Shown here piece by piece: positions 45,962-56,682 of a DNA stretch of 64,000 nucleotides (within the stretch, counting starts at the first letter, position 1; the number at the start of each line of letters is the position of its first letter). The position numbers were made by a program, and so were the translations under genes. The DNA lies in the NCBI GenBank assembly GCA_963822135.1, contig CAWGGI010000004.1, positions 32,812 to 96,811 of the forward strand, given 5' to 3'. This DNA is from an uncultured Actinomycetota bacterium. GTDB taxonomy: Bacteria > Actinomycetota > Thermoleophilia > RBG-16-64-13. The notes beneath the pieces are model-generated. The model saw only the letters and a list, made by a program, of their open reading frames with translations, searched no databases and was not told the DNA's origin.

Positions 45962-47949
45962 CGCGTCCCCCCCTCTACCTGTCGGACGGCGTCCAGCGTC
46001 CGCCTGACCGACGGGAACAGGCTCTCGTCGGTGTGGGGGATGAACAGTGCCGAGGTGAACGCGTCCATGAAGCGGTTGTCGGCGCTCAGTTCCAGGTAGG
46101 TCATCTTGGCAGCCAGTTCGTCCACCTGGGCGCGGTGCCTCCCGGCAGGTGAGCGCCAGATAGGCACCCTGGACGGAGGTGTTGCCCAGGTAGGTGAAGC
46201 GCTCCCAGGGGAGGTCGGGCAGGAGGCCGATATCGATGGCCTTCTCGATGTCGATGTGACGGCCGAACGCCCCGCCGATGAGTACCCGCTCCACGTCGGT
46301 GATGGCCAGGCCCACGCTGTCGCACAGGACCGCCGCCCCCGCGTAGATGGCCGCCTTGGCCCGCAGCAGGTTCTGGATGTCGGTCTCGGTGAGGACGATG
46401 TCCCTGGCCGTTCGCCGACTCCGCCGCCCAGGCGACCACGTACTCCGGCCCTTCTTCGCCCCGACGCATGCGCGGGCTGCCTCCGTGCCCGGCGATGCGT
46501 CCGCTCTTGTCGATGACCCCGGCCACCAGCATCTCGCCCAGAAGGGAGATCATGCCCGATCCGCAGATGCCGAGAGGCGGCAGCGTCCCCTACGGTGCTC
46601 AACGTGGGCTCGAGCGGTCTTGGGGTCGATCCACACCTCCTCGATCGCCCCGGCTGACGGCGCGCATGCCCGAGGTGGCGCCGGCTCCTTCGAAGGCGGG
46701 TCCCGCCGAGCAGGCGCAGGTGATCAGCCAGTCGGAGTTGCCCAGCACCATCTCGCCGTTGGTGCCCACGTCGATGAAGAGGCTGACCGGCTCTTCCTCG
46801 TGCATGCCCGTGCGCAGCACCCCGCGGTGATATCGCCGCCCACGTACGCTCCGACCGCCGGAAGGCAGTCGACGATGGCTTCGGGGTGCATGTGCAGGCC
46901 CAGCCGCGCGGCCGGCACCGGCGGGAAGCGCCCCGCCGCCGGGATGTACGGCTCCAGCCTGATGTGGTGCGGCCTCCAGCCCCAGGAACAGGTGGATCAT
47001 GGTGGTGTTGCCGGCCACCATGGCCAGCGTGATCTGCTCCGCCGACAGGCCCTCTCGGGCCAGCATCTCGTCCATCAGGGTGTTGATGGTGGTGATGACC
47101 CGTTCCTGCAGCTCCGCGGCTGATCGGGCTGCCGGGCGTAGATGATGCGGGAGATGACGTCCTCGCCGCAAGCGATCTGTCCGTTGTAGGCCGAGGCGTG
47201 GGCTATCAGCTCGCCGGTGCGCAGATCCCCCAGGTAGGTGGCCACGCTCGTCGTCCCGATGTCAATGGCCAGACCCAGCGACTCTGGTCCCTGCCTTGCC
47301 GGGCGAGCACGTCCAGCAGGCGGTACGGGCCGCTCGGGGCGGTCCAGTCGCCTTGCTCCACCTCGGCGGTGACGGTCCACTCCCCGTCCCGGAGGCGCGG
47401 CCGGCATGCGCAGCCAGAGCGCCGAGCGTAGGCCTGACCTCGCGCAGTCCGTGCTGTCGCGCCAGTTCCCTCTGCACCCGCTCGAGATCGGGGGTGTTGT
47501 CCCCCATCGAGGGGGGCTCGACGGTCAACTCGTAGCGAGCCACCCAGGGATCGGCGGCGTGTTCGCAGAGGACCACATCCGGGGCCGTCTTCTCGGCGGC
47601 GTCGCCGCGCATCGGCGCGCTCGACCAATTCTTCTCGGGGCGGCAGCCAGACGGTCACGTCGCTGCCGACGAGCGTCTGGCAGGCGAGAGCGTAGCCTCG
47701 AGCGATGTCGTCCTCGCTCAGGCGGAGAGCCGAGCGGCGACGCACCTCGCCCTCACGGACATGGACGACGCAGCGGCCGCAGCGCCCCTGTCCTCCACAG
47801 GGCAGGGGTACGCTCAGGCCCGCCTGGGAGATGGCTTCTTCCAGCAGGGTCCCAGCCGGCACGGTGACCGTCACGCCGGCCGGGTCCAGACGGACGACAC
47901 ACGGCCGGTCTTCGCCGGCCTCCCTGGGGGTCGGCTCTTCTTGCGCCAT
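45958..47949 (-). pseudogene. Reductive activator of corrinoid Fe-S protein (RACo/AcsV-like: [2Fe-2S] ferredoxin + ASKHA ATPase); about 8 frame changes
   Basis: N-terminal plant-type ferredoxin LPCGGQGRCGRCVV. ASKHA motifs LAIDIGTTSVA, MVAGNTTM and FIDVGTNGEMVLG. C-terminal IGGAFGRHIDIEKAIDIGLLP. Confidence 0.8.
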
Positions 47950-49303
47950 CAGCCCTTGGCCAGTTGCCTGAGGAACGACGGGATACCGATGGCCTCGCGC
48001 GGCCCGACCATGATCTGCCAGCCCGGCAGCTCCTCTTCGAGGTCGCCGGAGATGCTGGCTACAAAGCCCGGGGATGATGATCTGGCGATGGCTGATCTTG
48101 TCGGGCACCTCAAAGGCCTTGACGGCCTTGGCGATGCGTTCGGCGTCGAACTTGCCCGCGGCCCAGGCCGTCAGCACCGACATCCCCTCCGAATCGGCCA
48201 CCAGCAGCCAGGCCGGCCGGCCGCTGCCCTCCACCTCACCGGCCACTGAGAAATAGGTGAGCGAGAAGTTGGTGGTGACGAGAAGCGGCGAATCGGGCGT
48301 GGGAGACCCGATCTCGTACAGCACCGGGAGTCACCTGGATGGGCTTCTGCGGGTCGGTGTAGATGTTCTGCCGCAGGGTGAGGAGCGAATAGAGCGCGGC
48401 GGGCTCAAAGTGATCCAGCACGATGATCCCCGCGTACTTGTCGACGAACTGGGTAGCCAGCATGGTCTCCATCTCCACACTGGCCGCAGCCTTGCCGGGG
48501 AAGGTGATGACGGGGTACCCGAGCTGCCGGAAGTTCTTCTTGATGGCCGCCCGCCGCATCTTGGTGAGGGCGGCCAGCGAATCGGCCCAGCCCTTGGTGC
48601 CCGGGTCGAGCACCAGCTCTTCCATCCCCTGCTTGACCACGTCGTCGACCAGACCGGCAAGCGCTTCCAGGTCCCCGCCCCAGCCCTTGACGGCGAGGAC
48701 GGCGCCGTACTTCTTGGCCAGCGCGGCCATGGCCTCCCAGTTGTCGGGGCCGGCGGCGTAGACCAGCGGCGCCCTGCCCTGGGCGACTTTGAGACCGGCC
48801 TCCATGGTGGCCGGGTCGGAGCTCATGAGGATGACGGCCAGGTCCTTGCTGGCCACCTGGCCGACCCGGGCGGCGAACTTGTCCGCGGACCCGGCCGATC
48901 CCTCCACGGCGACGCCGTCGGGGCGAAGAGTCATGCCCACCCGCTCGACCTGGTAATCGGCTATCTGGCCCAATCTTGCGGCGAATTCCTCATCGCTCAG
49001 ATCCTCCGGCAGCCGGTAGAAGAACCCCGGCTGGTGGTAGAAGGTCTTCTCGTGCCGGAAGATGACGGTCTCGTTGCCGACCTCGAACTTGTGCCCGTCC
49101 TTGCCCACGGAGACCAGGCGGATGGGCGGCGCCGCGGCGCTGTCCAACTGGGTCTTCGTCTCCTCCGACACGTATGGGCAGGCCGACAGCTCGACCTGGC
49201 GGGCGGCCAGTTTCATCGCAAAGGCCAGGCAGGTGGGAAAGCCGCACTCCTTGCAGTTCGTCTGCGGCAACATCTTGTATATCGCGAGGCCACTCAGTGC
49301 CAT
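47949..49303 (-). CDS. acsC: Corrinoid/iron-sulfur protein large subunit; two frame changes (near 48325 and 48070)
   Basis: N-terminal [4Fe-4S] motif LPQTNCKECGFPTCLAFAMKLAARQVELSACPY, TIM-barrel part, and a C-terminal B12-binding part LLVTTNFSLTYF...IIIPG. Confidence 0.85.
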
Positions 49304-49375
49304 GTGGCGCGCTCCTTTCGCGTTGGGACGTCAGCGTTCACGGCATCGGCAGTCACGGTCGGGCCGGTCGCCGAC

Positions 49376-50350
49376 TCACGAAGCCGGGGTCATCAGCCCG
49401 GTGATCGCCTCCTTGACCAAGGGGATGGCGTCGGGATGGCGAAGCACCACGATGTCCGCCCCGGTCTCGATCAGCGTCACCGCCGTGTTCGTCTCCCAGA
49501 GCAGGGCCCTCGTGGCCCAGTCGCCCCACTGCGCCGGTACGCCTTCGCCGGTCCGGGTCTCCTTGGCCCGCCAGGCTTCGTAGCCGGCGGTCACGATCAT
49601 CGGCAGCTGAAGCGCGCTGTCGCCTCCGAGCGCCGCCAGACGAAGCCGTTCCATCACCGAATAGGTGTACTCGAGACCATACCCCAGAGCGCCCGTGGTC
49701 GGGTCCATGATGATGCGGTCGCGATCCAAGCGCATGTCGATATCAGGACGTTGAGCTGCTTGGCGAGGTTGACGTCGATGGGGGACTTCGCGATCACCAA
49801 CTGGTTGTTGGCCAGCGCCGCGGCCACGATGGTGCGGTAGTTCTTGTCCTCGCAGTTGCCCAGAGCGACCCGCTCCCCAGCGGCCTCCTCCGCGGCGGCG
49901 ACCAGCACCTCGTTGTCCTTGTCCGGCTGACCGGGGCCATAGACGATGAGTGGCAGGGTGGTCGCCTCGAGCACCCGGCGCACCGTAGCACGCGCCTCCT
50001 TGGCGCCCGTGTTGCCCCGCTCGGGGTGGGCGCTGTCCAGCGACAGGGCGATCACGTCGGCCCCGAGGGCCTCGGCCTGCGCCGCCCAGACGGCCGGGTC
50101 GTCGAGGGCCTTCCCCCAGGCCTTGACCAGGAGGTCCGACCAATCGTCGGGAGCCTGGTCTCTGACCTCGACGGCGACCACCGGCTTGTTGGGGATCTGA
50201 CCTTCGAAGTGCAGGAACGGCAGCGTGTTCTGTCCGCCCACCGTGACCGTGCTGCCTCGCGTGCCGCCCTGATCGGGCCCGGCGCCAAGCGTCACCTCGA
50301 GGATCCTGCCGCTCCACGTCTCGTTGACATTCGGACATAGCTACAGACAT
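49376..50350 (-). CDS. acsD: Corrinoid/iron-sulfur protein small subunit; two frame changes (near 50328 and 49740)
   Basis: GRILEVTLGAG...VTVGGQNTLPFLHFEG, ...IIMDPTTGALGYGLEYTYSVMERLRLAAL.... Confidence 0.82.
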   Translation of the reverse strand: MSVAMSECQRDVERQDPRGDAWRRARSGRHARQHGHGGRTEHAAVPALRRSDPQQAGGRRRGQRPGSRRLVGPPGQGLGEGPRRPGRLGGAGRGPRGRRDRPVAGQRPPRAGQHGRQGGACYGAPGARGDHPATHRLWPRSAGQGQRGAGRRRGGGRWGAGRSGQLRGQELPHHRGRGAGQQPVGDREVPHRRQPRQAAQRPDIDMRLDRDRIIMDPTTGALGYGLEYTYSVMERLRLAALGGDSALQLPMIVTAGYEAWRAKETRTGEGVPAQWGDWATRALLWETNTAVTLIETGADIVVLRHPDAIPLVKEAITGLMTPAS

Positions 50351-50391
50351 CCAGGTCTCCTTTCTTGCGGGGCGCGTCCCATGGACGGTTC

Positions 50392-52674
50392 TTAGAAGAT
50401 CGGGTCCATGGTCAGGGCCGGGTGCTCATGCTCCTCCAGGAAGGGCAGCAGTTCCTCGACCGTCGTCGCCGCACGCTCGTCGGCGATCTTGTCCAGCAGG
50501 TCGGGGTCGCCCTCGCGCTCGCAGACAGCCTTCAATTCCTCGGCCATGGATCTCTTGAGGAAGCTCGACATCCAGACGACACGCTTGAACCCGCCGTCGC
50601 CGGAGATGAACTTGCGGCTGAGCAGGTAGTACTTGCCTACGCCCATCATGCCGGGCGTCTGCAGGCCGCCGCCGGCCATGCCGGCCAGGGTGGAGAAGGT
50701 CATGCCGGCGGGGGTCATGCTCGGGTCCTCACGCGAGACCACCATGACGCCGTTGGCCTCGGGGATGACCATCGCGATGCACTCGAAGCAGCCGCAGGCG
50801 GTCATCGGGGTCGTCCATGATCGAGTACAGGGTGACCCGCTCCACGGTCTGGTGCGAGTTCTGGTAGACGAACTCGTTCGGGCCCTGCCAGACGCCCTTC
50901 ACCGGGTCGAGGCAGAGCCCTTGGGGATCGGCTGGTTGGGCCCGGTGGGGTTGATCTGGTAGGAGGCCTTGCAGTCCAGCCAGTTGTAGGCGCCGCAGAG
51001 CCCCAGGCGCTCGGGCGAGATGACGCAGACGTGGTTGGGCGCAAAGCTCTGGCACAGCGTGCAGCTGTAGAACTCGTCCACCGACTCGTCCACCATGTCG
51101 GCCAGGCGGATGTTGCGGGCCTGGTAGGCCTCGCGGGCCTTGGCCAGCCACTCCTCGAACGGCTCGTGATCGGTGTAGAGGGTGACCTGCACCTTGTCCA
51201 CGATGGCGCCGAAGTCGGCGTGGAAGCGGGCGTAGAGGATGTCGCCGAAGTGCTTGAGGCCGAAGCCCTTGTCGACGGCCGCCTTGCTGATGCGGATCCA
51301 GGTGATGTCGCGCTGGCCGATATGCTGGATGCCGGAGGCGCCGTTGACGAAGTAGTGGATCTGGCGCTCGAGCACCGGCTCGAAGTCCTCCTGCATCTTG
51401 CGTCCGGCCACCTCGACGACGATGCCCAGGTCCATGGCCCCGCCCTCGGCGACGCTCGTCGAAGTCCGGGCCGACCACGTTCGATCTTGCCGTCTTCGAC
51501 CTCGTCCAAGTCGGCCATGCGCAGGTACTCGAAGGCATGCGCCTTCGACCCGCCGAACTCGACGCGCATGTCGGCCTTGCGCACGCGCTCGCCCTCAAAG
51601 GCGCTGCCGTAGGGCACGGGGATGGGCACGTCGGTGATCTTGATCTTGACGCCCGCGGACCTCGATGCAGCGCTGCACCAGCTTGCGCGCCCGCTCGGTG
51701 TCGTTCTCGCCCTCGATGTCGTCGAAGGGCATGCTGATGACATGCTCGTACTGCGTGATGCCGGTGGGCAGGATCTGCGGGATGACCGTATCGGCGATGA
51801 CCGGGAAGCCATAGTTGATGGCGCCGGCCGCCGTCGCGTACTTCAGGTCGTCCACCTCGCCCAGAGCCAGGACAAAGGCGAACACGCGGTACTTGTTGTA
51901 GAGCAGGATGTCGCGGATCTGGCCGCCCGACATGCCGCCGAAGGTGAGCGCCGAGCGGGTGGCAAAGCCCAGGGCGTAGATGGCCGAGATGGTGTCGGTG
52001 CCGAAGGGCACGATGTAGGTGTCGTAGCCCATCTCGACGCCCTCTTCCTGCAACTGGTGGATGATGCTGCGCCCGTTGACGTTGCCGGAGAGGAAGACCA
52101 GGATGTTGCGCTTCTGCAGCTCGCGCACGATGGAAACGGCCGCCTCGTTGCTGCTGGCCGCGCCGACGATGGCCGCGAACCCCGGCATGCGGCCGTCCAC
52201 CAGCTGGATGCCCCAGGCGCGCAGCTGGATGTCGTCGATGGGGCCGTTGGCATAGCCGCCGCCGCCCCCGCCGTTGCTGTCGGGGCTGGTGAAGCTGGTG
52301 CCGGTGAGCTTGAGGCCGGGGATGGGCTCGGGCTGCTGGCCGCGGACGAAGCGCATGGCCTCGATGGCTTCCATGGCCAGGAGCGTGGCGGCGCCGCAGT
52401 CCAGCGTCTCACCCAGATAGGGCAGCCACAGACTGTCGCCCGGCACACTGTTGAGCAGGCTCTTGGCGTGCGCCACGGCCTTGCGCAATTCTCCCAGGGT
52501 GTCACCTCCATCCCGGTGAAGCCCAGGATGACGGGCAGATAGTAGGCGGTGTTGGTGAAGGCGACGGGCGTGCCCGGCGCCCAGGTCGGCGATGGCGGCT
52601 TCGAGCATCTGCTCGGCCTCCCCGACGATGAGGTTGGCGCCGCGGATGGCAGCCTTGGCGATGTATCTAGACAC
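50392..52674 (-). pseudogene. acsB: Acetyl-CoA synthase (ACS alpha, A-cluster subunit); about 6-7 frame changes
   Basis: GTG at 52674 after AAGGAGGAG. SCTLCQSFAPNHVCVISPERLGLCGA and the Cys-Gly-Cys A-cluster motif ACGCFEC. Fragments correspond to ORFs 51595.., 51843.., 50802.., 50899.., 50729.. and 50392... Confidence 0.88.
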
Positions 52675-54700
52675 GTCTGACTCCTCCTTGTCCTGCGACG
52701 CCTACCGGCGACGCTGAGTAGAGGTTGAGGGGCTCGCCCTCTTCCAGATCGGCAAGCATCTCCTCCATGAGGCGGTCGCCACTCTGGCCGAACCGCTGCG
52801 GGTCCCACTCCGCCAGGCCCAGCGCTGCGCGCTTGCGCGTCGAGTGGCCGTGAACGCCTTGTCGATGAGCGCGTCGATGTCGGGCTCGAACTCGATCCCG
52901 CCGCCGAAACGTTCCAGCCAGCCGTTGAGGATGATGTCCACCACCTCGGGGCTGTTCTCCACCGGCGAGGGCAGGCCGAAGAGCACGTAGGCTCCCGAGG
53001 CCGCACAGTAGCAGCCGATGGCGAGCGCCTTCTCGGACATGTACTCGGGGCAGATGCCCACCGCCGGAAGATCGGAGATGTCCTCCCCCAGGCCACCTTC
53101 GGTGGCACATTCGGTGAGGATGGTCAGGATGCGCGAGTTGTCCACGCAGGAACCCACGTGGAGCACCGGTGGGATACCGATAGCCTCGCACACCTCCTGA
53201 GCCCCGCGCCGGCGTGGTCCATGAACTCCGGCTTCAGATAGCCGAACTTCGCGGCCGCGGTGGCGGCGCACCCGGTGACGACCACCAGCACATCGTTCTT
53301 GATGAGCTCGCGGACGATCTTGACGGTCGGCGCATCCTGGGTGACGCGCGCGTTGTTGCAGCCCACGACGGCCGCGAGGCCGCGGATGCGACCCTGGGCC
53401 ACGGCATCGTTGAGCGGGCGGAACGAACCCCGATACAGGCCGCCCTGCATGTAGCGCACGTACTCGTGCGAGAAGCCGGCGATGAGGGCCTCGTCGGGCT
53501 GTGAGCCCGGGATCTTCGTGGTCCCGCGGTTCGCGTAGTTGTCGATGGCCGCCCGCACGATCTCCTTGGCGCTCTGGTAGGCCCGATGCTCGTCGAACTC
53601 GATGTGGGTGGCACCCGTGATCTTGGCCTTGGGCGAGGTGGTGATGAGCTTGGTGTGGTAGTGCGAGGACACTTCGGCCAAGGCCTGCATCATGCACTGC
53701 ACGTCCACGATCATGGCCTCCACCGCTCCGGTGGCGATGGCCAGCTCCTGAGAGAGGAAGTTGCCCGCCGGCGGGATGCCGTGGCGCATCAGTACCTCGT
53801 TGGCGGTGCAGCAGATGCCGGCCAGGTTGATGCCGTTGGCTCCCTTGCTCTTGGCGTACTCGAGGAGTTCGGGATCGGTGGAGACGGCCACGATCATCTC
53901 CGACAGCGTCGGGTCGTGGCCGTGGACGATGACGTTGACCTCGTCGTCCTTGAGCACGCCCAGGTTCACCTGGCTCTGCAGCGGAGTCGGCGTGCCGAAG
54001 AGGATGTCGCTGATGTCGGTGGCGAGCATCGAGCCGCCCCACCCGTCGCTCAGAGCACGCGCGCAACGTCTGGTCGAGGATGTTCTCGGCGTCCTGGTCG
54101 TCGCCCATATGCGTGCGATGCATGATCTCAACGATCTCGCGGTCGATCCCGCGGGGACCGATCTTCGCCTCGCGCCAGAGCGCCTGGCGGGGTTTGGTCG
54201 CCCGGCTCAGGTAGATGAGTTCCCCGGTCTGCTGACCGAACTGGGCCAGCGCCGTCTCGGCCACGTCCCGAGCGATGTCCATGATCGACCGGCCCTCGGT
54301 CTTGATGCCCATGTAGCCTGCGACCGCGTGCAGCTTCACCTCGTCGCGGATGCGGAAGCTTCTCTGCTTCGCCAGTGGCCACAGCCAGGAGAGCGAAGGC
54401 CATACCCCGGCCGTGATCGGAGTGGGCCGCCGCGCCCGCGGCCACCGAGCGGGCGAAGTTGCGGGCCGCGACGGTGGCCCGGGTGGCCCCGCACACACCC
54501 ACGGTGTTCTTGCCGACCAACCGGCAGGGCCCCATCGCGCAGTGCTTACAGCAGCCCCCGTCGGCGCCGATGGGACAGGGCTTGATGCTGATGGCCCGGT
54601 CGAACGAGGTCTCGATCACCCCTTCGCAATAGCCGAGCACCTCACAGACCGCGGTATCTATGCTTTTGTCTTCCGGTAACGGGATCCTCTGTTCCGGCAT
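52667..54700 (-). pseudogene. acsA: Anaerobic Ni-Fe-S carbon monoxide dehydrogenase catalytic subunit; about 6 frame changes; stop at 52667 or 52702
   Basis: B/D-cluster Cys region CPIGADGGCCKHCAMGPCR...GVCGA. HGHDP, GICCTANE, VGCNN, HVGSCVDNSR (C-cluster ligands). Confidence 0.88.
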
Positions 54701-54750
54701 TACTGCTGCTCCTTTCGATGTGCCACACGCAGCCCAGGGGCTCTGCCCGG

Positions 54751-55083
54751 CTAGTAGCGGCGGAAGTCTCCTGCCATCTCGCGATCCTTGAGCTCGGTCA
54801 CCGTCTTGCGATCGAGCACCACGTACCAGGCCGAACCGTCTTCGTGCCTCTGGGGAAGCTCGATCATGGCCGGCGCTTCTCCGGGCGTGTACCCCGCCGA
54901 AGCGAGCGCTTCGCGGATACCCTCCTCCGATGCGGCGGCCTCATCGAACCGCACCGCGACCGTACGTCTTGCCGCACTCGCGATCACCTCGCTGACCCCG
55001 GCCACACCGAGGAGTGACTCGCGCACGCGGAGCACGTGGTGGTCAGCCCACATGCCCGGCACGTTGATGATGGTCTGCTTCAT
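54751..55083 (-). CDS. HMA-fold-like small protein lacking the CxxC metal site (GMWADHH instead), first gene of the CODH/ACS operon
   Basis: MKQTIINVPGMWADHHVLRVRESLLGVAGVSEVIASAARRTVAVRFDE...IREALASAGY follows the ferredoxin-like HMA pattern, followed by a 45-aa tail. ATG at 55083. Confidence 0.55.
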   Translation of the reverse strand: MKQTIINVPGMWADHHVLRVRESLLGVAGVSEVIASAARRTVAVRFDEAAASEEGIREALASAGYTPGEAPAMIELPQRHEDGSAWYVVLDRKTVTELKDREMAGDFRRY

Positions 55084-55333
55084 GCGTGCCCACCTTTCCT
55101 CTCGCCCTGGGCGCCGGCAGCCGCGGGCGCCTCCCTGATACTTCTGGAAATGACCGGTCGTCTGGTCGGTAACGGCGCCGAGGCGCACACGACAAAGGAC
55201 ATGCTCACGTAGAGCCGTAGCGGCGGGGTTGACCGGGCAAAGCCCAGGTCGCTCTTCATCTGACCCCCAACTGATCGTGTCGATGGCAGGTAGCAGGAGT
55301 GCCCACGAAACCTTCGTAGGCCATACCCGACAC

Positions 55334-55376
55334 AGTATATTGGCAAAAAAGTATAGCAGCGTTCACGGGCTCGCAA
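55334..55376 (-). promoter_or_regulatory. Candidate promoter of the CODH/ACS operon: TTGCGA - 15 nt - TATACT, with a second TATACT 10 nt downstream
   Basis: The only AT-rich patch in the 300-nt gap. On the minus strand the hexamers are at 55376-55371, 55355-55350 and 55339-55334. Confidence 0.35.
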
Positions 55377-55382
55377 GGACCC

Positions 55383-56510
55383 CTAGATGAGCCCGGTCCG
55401 CCTGGCGATGTCCTCCACCCGGCGAGCCACTTCGGGAGCCGCGTCGTATACCGCGACACCGCGCATGTCGGCGTCAACAACGTGCTCGTCGCGGGGAAGC
55501 CAGCCCGCCAGCCCGCCGCGCCCCGGGGGATCGCCCCCCTCCTGGCGCCTTCCGTGCTCCACGTACTCCGTCACGAAAGCGAGATCGTCGTCGCCGCGCA
55601 CCTTGTTGGCTACCACCCACACCGCCGGGACTCCCAGCTCCCCGGCCATTCGTTCGATGTCGGCCGCCACCATCAGGCTTCGCTGCCCGGGCTCTACAAC
55701 GACATACATGGCGTCGACCGCCGCCGCGGTCCCGCGCCCCAAGTGCTCCACTCCGGCGACCATGTCAAGGAGCACGGTCTCCTTCTCCCGCAGAAGCAGA
55801 TGGGTCACCAACGCGCGCAGCACCGTGTTCTCCGGGCAGACGCAGCCGGCGCCGGCTCCCTTCACCGTCCCCATCTCGAGGAGATGCACCCCCTGATACG
55901 ACACCGAGAAGCGTTCGGGGATATCGTCCACCCGAGGGTTGAGCCGGAAGTACGCGCCGCTCTCACCCGGCCGAGCACCGGTGCGCTCCTCTATGAGGTC
56001 GCGCATCTCGACGACCGGAACGATCTTCTCAAGCAGATCCGGGGGGAATCCCAGCGCCTGCCCCAGGGTGGGGTTGGGATCGGCGTCGATCGCGTATACC
56101 TTCTGTCCGGCGGCCGCAAGCACCCGGGCCAGGACACCGCTGAAGGTCGTCTTTCCTACGCCGCCTTTGCCCGCTACAGCGATCTTAGGCATCGCCGACC
56201 TACTCGTCCGCGGCGGCGTCCGCGCCACCGTGGCCGCGCCACCGTCCGGCGTGGCGTCGTCCGCCCCGGCGTCGTCGGCACCACGCGTTCCCATGAGGGC
56301 CTGCCAGCGTTCCTCACCCAGACACGCGCGTGCCTGCGAGCACCATTCCACGCACGAGGGCACGGAATCCTTCTGCACGTAAGAGCCACAGGTACGGCAC
56401 TTCACCCGGATCTCGTCCGAGAACATCTCCACCTCGCTCCCGCAGGTCGGGCAAATGTGGAGCGAGACAGTAAGGTGCCGTCCATCCTGCCCGGGACACC
56501 GGCCGGCCAT
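55383..56510 (-). CDS. cooC: CooC-type nickel-insertion ATPase with an N-terminal Cys-rich zinc-ribbon-like extension
   Basis: N-terminal CPTCGSEVEMFSDEIRVKCRTCGSYVQKDSVPSCVEWCSQARAC and an Ala/Asp/Gly linker. Then GKGGVGKTT, DADPNPT and the CVC metal motif (GAGCVCPEN). ATG at 56510 after GGAGGTG; one uninterrupted frame. Confidence 0.75.
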   Translation of the reverse strand: MAGRCPGQDGRHLTVSLHICPTCGSEVEMFSDEIRVKCRTCGSYVQKDSVPSCVEWCSQARACLGEERWQALMGTRGADDAGADDATPDGGAATVARTPPRTSRSAMPKIAVAGKGGVGKTTFSGVLARVLAAAGQKVYAIDADPNPTLGQALGFPPDLLEKIVPVVEMRDLIEERTGARPGESGAYFRLNPRVDDIPERFSVSYQGVHLLEMGTVKGAGAGCVCPENTVLRALVTHLLLREKETVLLDMVAGVEHLGRGTAAAVDAMYVVVEPGQRSLMVAADIERMAGELGVPAVWVVANKVRGDDDLAFVTEYVEHGRRQEGGDPPGRGGLAGWLPRDEHVVDADMRGVAVYDAAPEVARRVEDIARRTGLI

Positions 56511-56682
56511 GTGTTCACCTCCGCTCGGCGCGTGGTCGTAGCGCACAGACTTTAGCCCAAACGGGCGAAAACTATGCGTGTCTTGCCCACGGCCGAGGGC
56601 GGTCGCGCCAAGCTCTATCTCAGCTTGACCCTTATGCTGCCGGCGAAGGGCAGCTCCTCCTGCCGGCGAAAGGCGCCCCGGA

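Noticed and set aside
56510-56546. Longer start (56546) for the Zn-ribbon-CooC ORF
   Set aside because: The ATG at 56510 has a GGAGGTG Shine-Dalgarno sequence at ideal spacing, whereas the upstream start has none.
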